A stretch of 30,325 bases of DNA from Chlamydiota bacterium (GTDB lineage Bacteria; Chlamydiota; Chlamydiia; Chlamydiales; SM23-39): the NCBI GenBank assembly GCA_038534095.1, contig JBCAXK010000016.1, positions 1 through 30,325 of the forward strand, given 5' to 3'. This document shows positions 1-8,616 of this stretch, piece after piece; position 1 is the first letter of the stretch; every line of letters starts with the position of its first letter. Position numbers and translations under genes: made by a program. The notes under the pieces are model-generated. The model worked only from the letters and a program-made list of their open reading frames with translations. It was not told the DNA's origin and ran no database searches.

Positions 1-2
1 GT

Positions 3-236
3 TCAAAGCCGGTATCTTGGGTTTGTACCTAAAAGAGTGTACGCAAAACTATCTCGAGCAAATAATTCTTCCATCAAGTCAAACAGTCTCCATCGCTCTC
101 TTGCAGAAAGGAAAAGAACTTTCTCTTCCCCAGCATGATCAAAATACCGCAGGGTAACCGTCCTTTCTTGAAGGAAGAACCAAAAACATGCAAGAACGCA
201 CGCCAAAAAAACGGTGTTCTTTGCGATACGTTTCAA
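3..236 (-). CDS. Hypothetical membrane-anchored protein, probably truncated (partner of 240..602)
   Basis: TTG start 3 nt after the stop of 240..602. N-terminal basic and hydrophobic anchor (KRIAKNTVFLACVLACFWFFL), then a globular segment ending FAYTLLGTNP. The TGA lies at the very window edge, so the C-terminus may be a frameshift or end artefact. Confidence 0.6.
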   Translation of the reverse strand: MKRIAKNTVFLACVLACFWFFLQERTVTLRYFDHAGEEKVLFLSARERWRLFDLMEELFARDSFAYTLLGTNPRYRL

Positions 237-239
237 GGT

Positions 240-602
240 CTACGACTCATCGAAATGATTCTTTTCCCATCGATTTGTGGGACAGTTTTTATTTTTACAT
301 CTTTCTCCAAGTTTCCACCATTTATTACAATAAGGGCATTTCCAGTCTCCCGGATTAGCCGCTACGCTACTTCCGCTCGCATGGATAAAATACCCGTCTT
401 CGTCATGAAAAAGCTCATCAATAGGAAGGGGATCGCCTGCATCTCGGAGAAAAAAAATGCCTTCATCTCCAAAATACAAATGCTCGATTGAAAAATACCT
501 TTTTTGTTGATTTTTCCCAAAATCTCTACTGCCCGTATGTCCTGAGATAGGAATCACAAGAATCAACCATAGAAATACCAACCCTGCTCTACACTTCTTC
601 AT
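240..602 (-). CDS. Small secreted protein with C-terminal CxxC-x9-C-x4-C (Zn-ribbon or disulfide) motif
   Basis: RBS AGGAG upstream of the ATG. Sec-type signal peptide MKKCRAGLVFLWLILVIPISG, a beta-rich middle (GIFF...LFHDEDGYFI) and C-terminal WKCPYCNKWWKLGERCKNKNCP. Confidence 0.8.
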   Translation of the reverse strand: MKKCRAGLVFLWLILVIPISGHTGSRDFGKNQQKRYFSIEHLYFGDEGIFFLRDAGDPLPIDELFHDEDGYFIHASGSSVAANPGDWKCPYCNKWWKLGERCKNKNCPTNRWEKNHFDES

Positions 603-979
603 AGTAAAAGCTCCTTTGAGGTGCTTGCTAGATGTTGATCAGACTGAACCTACTATACGTTTGTTCAAAAACAATCTCTTTCTACGTCCCTTCTAAGACG
701 ATACTTTTGCGTAGATGCTTTTATCGGAAAAATCACGCAAAAGCGTGGTAAGTCAGACACCTCTTTGTTAAAAAAAATTTTCAAAAACACCTTACGCCCC
801 TATCCGTATTTTCTGCAATGATCTGCAAAAGATTTTTTTTCTTCACAAGAGCGCTAAGTCCACTTGCAAGACCTTTTTCGAAAGCCTCGTAACAACAATG
901 TTTTTCTCGATAAACCGATATTTTTTGCCCTGTTTTTATCATATCCTGTATACGGAGTAAAAGAACGAGGTCCCTTTTA

Positions 980-1513
980 TTGATGAAGCCTGTTTTCCTG
1001 ATTCGCTCTTGTTATTCTCTTCTCCTGATCTTTCTTGGAGGAAGCGGCTCCTTATTCCTCACGAGTTTCTTCTATAAAACGCCCATTTTCTTTTTCAACT
1101 ACCATTACTGGGCTACAGCCGTGATCTTTCTGATCATTCTTCTATGCCTTCTCCAAGCGTATTTGCGAAAATATAGAGAACAAGAGTGTCAAGCTTTACA
1201 AGAAACCGCTTTGCAAGAACAAGAGCAATCCCTTGCAACAACTAGTGACCTCCGGACAGACCTAGAACAATTCAAAAGGGAAGTGATCTATGTGGCAAGG
1301 GAAGCTGTGAAAACGTACGCAATATTTTCTTTGGGACAAGGAGTAGACGCAGCTTATGAAGAAAAAAAACGGCATTTTTTTCGGGAGTTTCGCAAAGAAT
1401 TTTCCGAAGTTCGTTGGATGTCTGAAGTGATTGAAGATGTAAAAAAACTGCTGAAAGATCCCCCTCCTAAGAGGTCTCAGGATCCCTCAGACTCCCACAA
1501 AACTACCAAATAA
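980..1513 (+). CDS. Hypothetical protein, bilobed transmembrane domain plus coiled coil (Inc-like architecture)
   Basis: 177-aa ORF (TTG 980 or ATG 983, GAGG upstream). Two hydrophobic helices at about aa 13-31 and 45-61, then a Q/E-rich heptad region. Confidence 0.75.
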   Translation: MMKPVFLIRSCYSLLLIFLGGSGSLFLTSFFYKTPIFFFNYHYWATAVIFLIILLCLLQAYLRKYREQECQALQETALQEQEQSLATTSDLRTDLEQFKREVIYVAREAVKTYAIFSLGQGVDAAYEEKKRHFFREFRKEFSEVRWMSEVIEDVKKLLKDPPPKRSQDPSDSHKTTK

Positions 1514-1731
1514 AATCCTTTCGATCGTTACTTCTTTCTTTTCATCTAGATAAAAAATCCTTATCATAAGGAGACTTGCAAAATTTGATGATTTTGCTTC
1601 AAAGAAAGCCACATGAAAAGACCTCTTACGTTTAGAGTATTGTTCTCATTCAACTTCTAGCGTTAAATTAAGCTCATTTAGCCTCAAAAAAACTAAAGCG
1701 TGAGCCTTAGGTCAACACACTATAGGAAAAA

Positions 1732-2229
1732 ATGGTACAAGAGTATGTATATAAAACAGGATTGGGACAAGATAGTCATCAGTTCCTAACCGATAGTAGC
1801 TCTAAGCCGTGTATTATTGGAGGAAGGCGCTTTGAAGATGTTCCTGGTTTATCGGCCGATTCAGATGGAGATCCTATTTTTCACTCTTTTTGTAATGCCA
1901 TCACCTCGGTGACACATGTTCCAATTTTAGGTGGACTTGCAAGAGAGCTGTATCTCAAGGGGATCACCGACTCAAAAATCTACCTGAAAGAGGCATTAAA
2001 ATTTTTGCATCCAAAAGAAATTGTCCACATAGCGTTTTCTCTTGAAGCGCAAAAACCTCGCCTTGAATCTTCACTCCCCTCAATAAGAAAGAATGTGGCC
2101 AATATCGCAAAGATCCCAGAAGATCTTGTTGGCATTACAGTCACTTCGGGAGATTACTTAACGGCTTTTGGCTCTGGTCTAGGAATACAGTGCTTTTGCC
2201 TACTCACTATACGAGAAAAAAACAGGTGA
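1732..2229 (+). CDS. ispF: 2-C-methyl-D-erythritol 2,4-cyclodiphosphate synthase
   Basis: G-x-G-x-D-x-H (GLGQDSH), IIGG, SDGD-x-x-x-H, KPRL, and C-terminal T-S-G-x-x-L-x-x-x-G-x-G-x-GI. RBS AGGA. Confidence 0.95.
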   Translation: MVQEYVYKTGLGQDSHQFLTDSSSKPCIIGGRRFEDVPGLSADSDGDPIFHSFCNAITSVTHVPILGGLARELYLKGITDSKIYLKEALKFLHPKEIVHIAFSLEAQKPRLESSLPSIRKNVANIAKIPEDLVGITVTSGDYLTAFGSGLGIQCFCLLTIREKNR

Positions 2230-2362
2230 ACACCTTCAACCACTACCTTACATCTCTCTGCAATCAAGCATTGCAAAAGTACATTCTTCGTTCATAAAAT
2301 TTGAGATGCATGATTTAGCTCCGTAAGAAAGAGGAGTATGAGAAAAGGAGGGTAATCCTCTA

Positions 2363-2495
2363 CAAGGTTAGACATAGTGAGCGGTCGTTGCGTGTTGAAA
2401 TTCGAGGAGAAAGGCGCGCTGTGATTGAAAACCGCCAGGGCAGCCGCTAAAAGCTAGTAAAAAATCCTTTCATCATCCGCTCGTTACTGATCTTG
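2363..2495 (+). other. Long intergenic stem-loop (MITE-like palindromic element or structured ncRNA)
   Basis: 2363-2371 pairs with 2487-2495 and 2375-2384 pairs with 2477-2486 (19 pairs, 4 G-U, one 3-nt bulge). Inner stem 2414-2421/2441-2447. The inner unit starts and ends with TA. Confidence 0.5.
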
Positions 2496-2728
2496 AGATG
2501 AGAAAGACTTTTCTAAAAACTTCATAGATCTCATTTAAAGGACTAGTCATAGAAATTTATTTCTTTATTTGAAAAGCATCTTCCGATGATTTACTATTTT
2601 TACAAAGAAACATTTTGACATGTGAATTTATTATAAAAATCTTTTCAAAGATATAATCATATGAAATTTTGCTATTTTTCTGCTAAACTGTAGTAAATAT
2701 TAAACTATAACAAAAATTTTCTCTAAGA

Positions 2729-5467
2729 ATGATCCCAACTGATCGTAGTGATTCAAAAAGTTCTAGGCTCCAAATTACTATGGGTGAACATTCCAGCGAA
2801 AGATCGATAGCGGTTCCTGAGGAGCGCAATACTCCAATCAACACCTTCGAAAAACAAGCCGCACTTGTTCAAAAGCACGTTTTGGAAAAACTAGAACAAG
2901 CATTCGCATCTCTGCAAGAGAGTCTCTCTCGAGATTTACAACAAAAGTGCACACTTATTCAAAACAGACACATACGCGAAAGGTACGAAGCTCGTAAAGA
3001 GGGGGTTATAAATAATCTAAAACGCCAGGCCAAAGCTGTTCAACAGCAAGCTATAGAATTCCTAAAAACAGAGGTAATAGTTATTGAAAAGAAGGCTATA
3101 GATGCCCTAAAAAAGCAGGCTAAGGCTGTTGAAGAGAAGGTTATAGGAATCCTACAAACACAAGCTCACTCTATGCGAGATGAATTTTTCCCATCTCCAC
3201 AACAACTTACTCAGGAGAGAGCTTCGCAAGGTTCTAACCACCAAGGACAAGAAGATTTTACCAGGCATCAGGCAATCCAAAGCTCAGGTAAAAAACAAGA
3301 CAGTGAATTTTCAAAAGATGCTTTGCAGAAAATGCTTCGTGGCTCCTTCCGTCGCATGGATTATGGACAGTTCAAAGCCGCTCTTCTTCACATAGGCAAC
3401 AACAGTGTAATAATCAATACTCCTTATAATTCAAAGCATACGCCGTTACAGTGGTTTATTGATCAGGTACACAAAGCCGACAAACCAGCAAAAGGCCCCA
3501 AACTAGAAGAATGGATACAGGCCCTTATTGATGGAAAAGCGGACGTGAATGAGCAAGGGGTTCTGCGAATAAGTCCTTTAAGGTTGGCTTTTGCGCGTAA
3601 CCGCGGTTATAAGGGCACTCTCATAAGGAATGGCGCTCGAATGCAAATAGAAGAGTACTTAGAAGTAAATATTTTTGGTAACTCTTTGGATATCCGTGAT
3701 GGTTTAACGCTACTATCAGATAATCGATTTAAGGGTTGCAATAAGAAAGACCGGTACAAGCTTTGTAGTAAATTCACGAATGATTTTGTTCATAGAGTAG
3801 AAAAAACATCTCTATTTACATTTGAGCGAACACCGAAGATAGACCCAAAGGTCGTTGAAAATATTGGCGCAAAAAGTAGAGAGAATTTCCCCTACCAAAA
3901 AATAGTCGCTGAGATTCATGAACGTTTTCCAAAAGAACTGTCCGGGATTTTTAATCTTAAAGATGAGAAACAAAATAAAACAGTAACCAATCGTCAAATC
4001 AGACAGGTATTCTGGAGACTAAATAGATTAAATAGCCGAAAGATCATAATAAATCCACGATCAGAGAACGTTTCCGATATCTACGTCAATACATTAACTG
4101 CCATTTATCAAGACACAGTACCAACCTCTACCCGCATCCATGATTTGTATAGTATCTTCCCTCGAGTGCTTTTGCAATTTTTACCCTCACTCGGATCTCC
4201 ATCCGAATATTTAGACAATTTATTTCGTAAATTATTGGATATAAGTATCAATCCGATATTTTTAGTATGGGCCAAAGAGTTTACAACTGTTGCTCAAACC
4301 CACTTACAAAGCCATCCGGCAAAACTTTTGCAGGTAGAAACCCGGATTTTACAGCGGGTAAACTTTTACCTACGTAAAAAGAAACCAAGAAAACTCGAGG
4401 ACGCTCTTCTATCTTTGTTCATCATGAACTCAATCAAAAAAAGGCCTGTACTTAGTTCCCCTTTAAATGCTGCACCATCTTCAGACCCTAAAAAATTACA
4501 ACTAATGATTCAAAACGGAAGCTTGCCTCACGATCCAGCAGTACAGTTTTGTGATTTGTCTTTCACGAATATTACAATCCAGAAAAGCACCTTTTCGTCT
4601 TACACCCTGAATCTGATCCTAAAGTACTTTTCTTTGATAAAAAACATACCCAAAGTACGAACAAGCCTGCAGCAGCAGGAAAAAGCAATCACATCTGTGC
4701 ATCCGTTGATTTTTTTCTTAGATTTTCAAGAAAAACATGCGACCATTACCATTTCTACGGAAATGCGATCTAAGATCATCGATTGGATAAAAAACTGCTT
4801 TTCCACTTTCGTTTCCAGGAGTAAGAGCATTGCATCTCATCGGTTTCAGGAGGGTTTTGTTAAGCAAAATACTTATCGGATGTACTATAATCCTGGGCAG
4901 GTCAGTTGCCTATTACTTGCTAATTCCTTGCATCGGGATCAGCCATCTAATTGGTTATTCCCTATATGGAAGGATTTACCCGCCAAGCAAAAAATCCATC
5001 CCGATTGTCAACTGTTTGCCTGTGAGCTTTTCAAAAAAGCAGGCGAATTAGAAAGCTACAAAGCAAAGATCATACAAAACATGTCGAAAAGTAGGAGTAT
5101 ACAGGCTATAGACAACCTCGATCGTAGATGGAAAACGATTGGAAATACGATCACAGACTACCTCTCTTTTTTTGGATATTCTCCATTAGAGGAAAAATTC
5201 CACCCCATCCAACCAGAATGTACTGGAGAATATTCTCCTCAGCATATGCTTCCACACCACTATTTTTTTCATCCAAGATTACCTCTCGAAGCAGAGACAT
5301 TGAAAGGAAAAGCTTCCACTCCCTATTTTACCACCTTTGAAAATGCCTATTCGACCTGGCAAGAAGAGAACGAGGAAAAGAACATCGATTCACAAGGCGA
5401 AGAGCCCCCCCCAAAACGTCAAAAATATTCTGATTTCACATCCTCTTCCCCTTTACCCAAGGATTGA
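2729..5467 (+). CDS. Large orphan protein with pentadecad coiled coil, ankyrin-like repeats and C-terminal NLS-like motif (candidate secreted effector)
   Basis: 912-aa uninterrupted ORF with a Ser-rich N-terminus. Ankyrin-like TPLQW...ALIDGKADVN...SPLRLA...LIRNGA at about 3410-3640. Acidic tail followed by PPPKRQK (5405-5425). Confidence 0.85.
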   Translation: MIPTDRSDSKSSRLQITMGEHSSERSIAVPEERNTPINTFEKQAALVQKHVLEKLEQAFASLQESLSRDLQQKCTLIQNRHIRERYEARKEGVINNLKRQAKAVQQQAIEFLKTEVIVIEKKAIDALKKQAKAVEEKVIGILQTQAHSMRDEFFPSPQQLTQERASQGSNHQGQEDFTRHQAIQSSGKKQDSEFSKDALQKMLRGSFRRMDYGQFKAALLHIGNNSVIINTPYNSKHTPLQWFIDQVHKADKPAKGPKLEEWIQALIDGKADVNEQGVLRISPLRLAFARNRGYKGTLIRNGARMQIEEYLEVNIFGNSLDIRDGLTLLSDNRFKGCNKKDRYKLCSKFTNDFVHRVEKTSLFTFERTPKIDPKVVENIGAKSRENFPYQKIVAEIHERFPKELSGIFNLKDEKQNKTVTNRQIRQVFWRLNRLNSRKIIINPRSENVSDIYVNTLTAIYQDTVPTSTRIHDLYSIFPRVLLQFLPSLGSPSEYLDNLFRKLLDISINPIFLVWAKEFTTVAQTHLQSHPAKLLQVETRILQRVNFYLRKKKPRKLEDALLSLFIMNSIKKRPVLSSPLNAAPSSDPKKLQLMIQNGSLPHDPAVQFCDLSFTNITIQKSTFSSYTLNLILKYFSLIKNIPKVRTSLQQQEKAITSVHPLIFFLDFQEKHATITISTEMRSKIIDWIKNCFSTFVSRSKSIASHRFQEGFVKQNTYRMYYNPGQVSCLLLANSLHRDQPSNWLFPIWKDLPAKQKIHPDCQLFACELFKKAGELESYKAKIIQNMSKSRSIQAIDNLDRRWKTIGNTITDYLSFFGYSPLEEKFHPIQPECTGEYSPQHMLPHHYFFHPRLPLEAETLKGKASTPYFTTFENAYSTWQEENEEKNIDSQGEEPPPKRQKYSDFTSSSPLPKD
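2981..3160 (+). repeat. Four degenerate 45-nt (15-aa) tandem repeats within the 912-aa ORF
   Basis: Units 2981-3025 RYEARKEGVINNLKR, 3026-3070 QAKAVQQQAIEFLKT, 3071-3115 EVIVIEKKAIDALKK, 3116-3160 QAKAVEEKVIGILQT. All share g(c/t)tata-N6-cta(a/c)aa at the same offset. Confidence 0.85.
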
Positions 5468-5900
5468 ACCTTCCCAATGAAGGAAGTAAACCGACCGAAA
5501 AACCGAGTTTGCCATCGATTTTCCCGCTTTTTGAGGCAGCGCCTGTTCCGCTCAAGAAACCCCATCCCCAAATCCTCGCGATCGTATTGAATCGGAAAAC
5601 TATTCACATCTATGTACTTATGATCACTTCTCCTCTTTTTGCAAAATCTATCTCTTCATAGAAAAGGGCGCTGAACGTGGATGAAAAGCAAGGACGTATT
5701 TGCATCACCCAGCTTTGTCGTTTTTTCTTGGGTAAGGACTTTTCTATACCTGCGATTTACGCAAAAAGCCAGCATACGATCTTTACTTTTTCTTAAATGC
5801 AGAATGTTTTTTTGCATAAACCTTTCTCTGATTTTACGGAGAAAAGATTCTTGATCTACAAAGATCGTTCGCCTATAGGTGAAAATAGAGGGGGAATCAC

Positions 5901-7193
5901 GTGTCTTTGGATTCGGAAATTGCATCGATTGTCTTAGCAGGAGGGAAGGGCACAAGACTTTTCCCGCTTACATTGCACCATGCCAAGCCTGCAGTGCCTT
6001 TTGGAGGCAAATACCGTTTAATCGATATTCCGATTTCCAATTCGATCAACTCGTCTATTCGCACCATTTTTGTCATTGGGCAATTTTTAACAGCAGAATT
6101 GCAACATCACATCCACCAAACCTACGAATTTGGCCCCCTTTTAGATGCTAGGATCGATTTCCTTACCCCCTATGAAAACGCGCAAGGGGAGCGCATTTGG
6201 TTCAAAGGAACAGCCGACGCTGTTCGACAAAATCTCCCCCATCTGCTCAAAGGACCAGCGGAGTACTTTTTAATTTTATCTGGTGACCAGCTCTACAATA
6301 TCGACTTCCAGAAAATGTTTGCTTTTGCAAAAAACATGGACGCAGATCTAACAGTCGCCTCTTTGCCCATTCTACCAAGCGCTGCAAAACGGTTAGGGAT
6401 TTTAGAAATTGATCCACAAAAACGGATCATCGGTTTTTGCGAAAAACCAAGTAGCGACTCGTTAGTCAAAGCTTTAGAAATGCCCACATCTTTGTACAAA
6501 CAATTAGGATTGCAGCAGGCCTCTGAGCCCCACTGCCTCGCTTCCATGGGAATCTATATTTTTAAAAAAACGGCCCTGATGCGCCTTTTAGAAGAAGATC
6601 CTCGAGAAGATTTTGGCCAACATTTGATCCCAACAGCGATTGAGCAAGGGAGGAGCTTTGCCTATATCCATCGGGGCTACTGGGAAGATATTGGTACAAT
6701 ACAGTCATTCTACGACGCCAATATGGCCTTAGTCGAAGGAAAAGCTGGCATCGATACAGGGAACGAACAAGCTCCGATTTTCGCTGCGCCCAACTACCTT
6801 CCAGGCCCCATCATAAAAAATACCAAAATCACCTCTTCGCTAATTTCTGATGGATGTCTGATTGAAGCAAAGGAGGTCTCTCATTCGATCATAGGACCAG
6901 GAGTTCATATTGGGAAGGGAAGCGTGATCAAACATAGCATCGTGATGGGATCGACTCCTGCAAACTATTGCATCAACTCTACTCAGGATCATTTCGAGAA
7001 ACAGGGCTCATGGATTGGAAAAGATTGCTACTTAGAAAAAGTGATCCTCGATGAAAACGTCCAGATCCACAATCAAGTGAACTTACATAACAAAACGGGA
7101 TTACTTCAGATAGACCGGGAACATTTTTATATTCGGGAAGGGATTATTGTGGTACCAAAAGAACAAATGATTCATCCTGATACTTCTCTATGA
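5901..7193 (+). CDS. glgC: Glucose-1-phosphate adenylyltransferase (ADP-glucose pyrophosphorylase)
   Basis: VLAGGKGTRLFPLT..AKPAVPFGGKYRLID, WFKGTADAVRQ, ILSGDQLY, FCEKP, ASMGIYIF, DFG, GYWEDIGT, and a C-terminal left-handed beta-helix. GTG start with GAGGGGG RBS. Confidence 0.97.
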   Translation: MSLDSEIASIVLAGGKGTRLFPLTLHHAKPAVPFGGKYRLIDIPISNSINSSIRTIFVIGQFLTAELQHHIHQTYEFGPLLDARIDFLTPYENAQGERIWFKGTADAVRQNLPHLLKGPAEYFLILSGDQLYNIDFQKMFAFAKNMDADLTVASLPILPSAAKRLGILEIDPQKRIIGFCEKPSSDSLVKALEMPTSLYKQLGLQQASEPHCLASMGIYIFKKTALMRLLEEDPREDFGQHLIPTAIEQGRSFAYIHRGYWEDIGTIQSFYDANMALVEGKAGIDTGNEQAPIFAAPNYLPGPIIKNTKITSSLISDGCLIEAKEVSHSIIGPGVHIGKGSVIKHSIVMGSTPANYCINSTQDHFEKQGSWIGKDCYLEKVILDENVQIHNQVNLHNKTGLLQIDREHFYIREGIIVVPKEQMIHPDTSL

Positions 7194-7945
7194 AATTTTG
7201 GGCTTTAGCAGATTTACATCTCAATTTTGGCGTTCCTGAAAAAAGCATGGAAGTCTTTGGAAGTGGCTGGAAGGACTACACCAAAAAAATTTCCCTTCAC
7301 TGGAAACAGCTAGTTCTCCCTGAAGATGTCGTTTTGATTCCTGGCGATATTTCTTGGGCATTGAAAACCTCCCAAGCCAAAAAAGATCTAGAGTGGATCG
7401 ACGCCCTGCCTGGAAAAAAAATTCTCCTCAAGGGTAATCACGATCACTGGTGGACTTCGAAAAGTAAAGTAGAAAAAGATCTCCCCCCTTCCCTAACTCT
7501 TATTCAAAACAACTCCTTTGTGATCGAAGATGTAGCAATCGCAGGAGCAAGGCTCTGGGACACCGAAGAATATAGCTTTGATCCTTACATTACCTTTCTG
7601 AAAAATACCCGAGAGAAACCAAAAACTGTCGATAAGGAACATGACAAGCTCCTATTTACTAAGGAACTAGGCCGCTTAGAAATGAGTCTCCTCTCAATTC
7701 CCCCGGGGGTCTCTACAAAAATTGCCATGACCCACTATCCTCCTATTGGTCCTAACTTAGAGCCATCGAAAGCTTCGAAGCTGCTAGAGCAGTTTCACGT
7801 CAATTACTGCGCCTTTGGCCACCTCCACAATGTGCAGAAAAACAAACTCCCCTTTGGAAAGAAAAACGGCGTTACCTATCTATTTACAGCTGCCGATTAT
7901 TGCGATTTTTGTCCACAACTCGTCTTTGAAAAAAAAGATTCTTAG
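7190..7945 (+). CDS. Calcineurin-like metallophosphoesterase
   Basis: All five metal motifs are present: DLH, GDISW, GNHD, TH, GHLH. ATGA overlap with the glgC stop. Confidence 0.92.
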   Translation: MKFWALADLHLNFGVPEKSMEVFGSGWKDYTKKISLHWKQLVLPEDVVLIPGDISWALKTSQAKKDLEWIDALPGKKILLKGNHDHWWTSKSKVEKDLPPSLTLIQNNSFVIEDVAIAGARLWDTEEYSFDPYITFLKNTREKPKTVDKEHDKLLFTKELGRLEMSLLSIPPGVSTKIAMTHYPPIGPNLEPSKASKLLEQFHVNYCAFGHLHNVQKNKLPFGKKNGVTYLFTAADYCDFCPQLVFEKKDS

Positions 7946-8136
7946 ACGTTAGCAAAAATCATGGATCTCAACCGATAAAACGGCATAAAACAATCTGATC
8001 AAAGGTATACTACGGTATTTCGATAGAAATGGTGATGCATTACATGGCGCAGCTCATAGAGCCATTCCACAGAAAAACACACTCTTAGAATGACCCCCGT
8101 TCCCTCTTTTTCTGCCCATCGTTTAGAAAAATTGCA

Positions 8137-8166
8137 TTGACAATTGGAAATCGTTCTAGGTAAAAT
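8137..8166 (+). promoter_or_regulatory. Sigma66/sigma70-type promoter for 8200..8616
   Basis: Perfect TTGACA (8137-8142), 18-nt spacer, TAAAAT (8161-8166), then AGGAG RBS at 8187-8191. Confidence 0.6.
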
Positions 8167-8199
8167 CTTTTCGTTTATTACATATTAGGAGCATTTATT

Positions 8200-8616
8200 A
8201 TGATGAGTTCTTCAAAGATTCCAGATAGTTCTTCTGGATTACAAAGTGAAATTTTGCGATTAGCGCAAACTTTTTGTACCGAAAGACTCTCTTTAGACAA
8301 GCAACCTGCTATAAACTATGACAAAGAAAAACAACTTCTTGTGATTAAAAATTTGGGAGAAAAGGCTCTTGCCAAACTAAACAATCAACATGTTTTCAAT
8401 GTTGATGATAAATCTCCTTACTGTCTAGTCCTTCACAAGGTAAAAAGCAACACATGCTACGTAGGCTGGTTTAAAAAACCCATACAAACGGAAGGAAAGA
8501 GACAAATCGCGGCCAAAGATGTATCGTTTTTGGACTGCTCTGGAAGCATCCCTGGATCAAGTAGCTCCAACGAAATAACATCACAATCTGCTGCGAATAT
8601 TTCATTTGTTGAATAA
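8200..8616 (+). CDS. Orphan hypothetical protein with Ser-rich termini
   Basis: 138-aa ORF with promoter and AGGAG RBS 8 nt before the ATG. N-terminus MMSSSKIPDSSSG. Confidence 0.75.
   Translation: MMSSSKIPDSSSGLQSEILRLAQTFCTERLSLDKQPAINYDKEKQLLVIKNLGEKALAKLNNQHVFNVDDKSPYCLVLHKVKSNTCYVGWFKKPIQTEGKRQIAAKDVSFLDCSGSIPGSSSSNEITSQSAANISFVE

Noticed and set aside
135..491. 118-aa + strand ORF
   Set aside because: Antisense shadow of 240..602 and 3..236, which have an RBS, signal peptides and motifs.
704..743. 9-bp inverted repeat cttttgcgt / acgcaaaag in the divergent intergenic region
   Set aside because: Long imperfect loop and no supporting context, so it could be chance.
2615..2657. TTGACA and TATAAT upstream of the 912-aa gene
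   Set aside because: They are 31 nt apart, so they do not form one promoter.
5419..5955. Short ORFs 5419..5607, 5464..5661 and 5656..5955
   Set aside because: No RBS or recognisable motif, and they overlap real genes. They may be decayed sequence but I cannot assign them.
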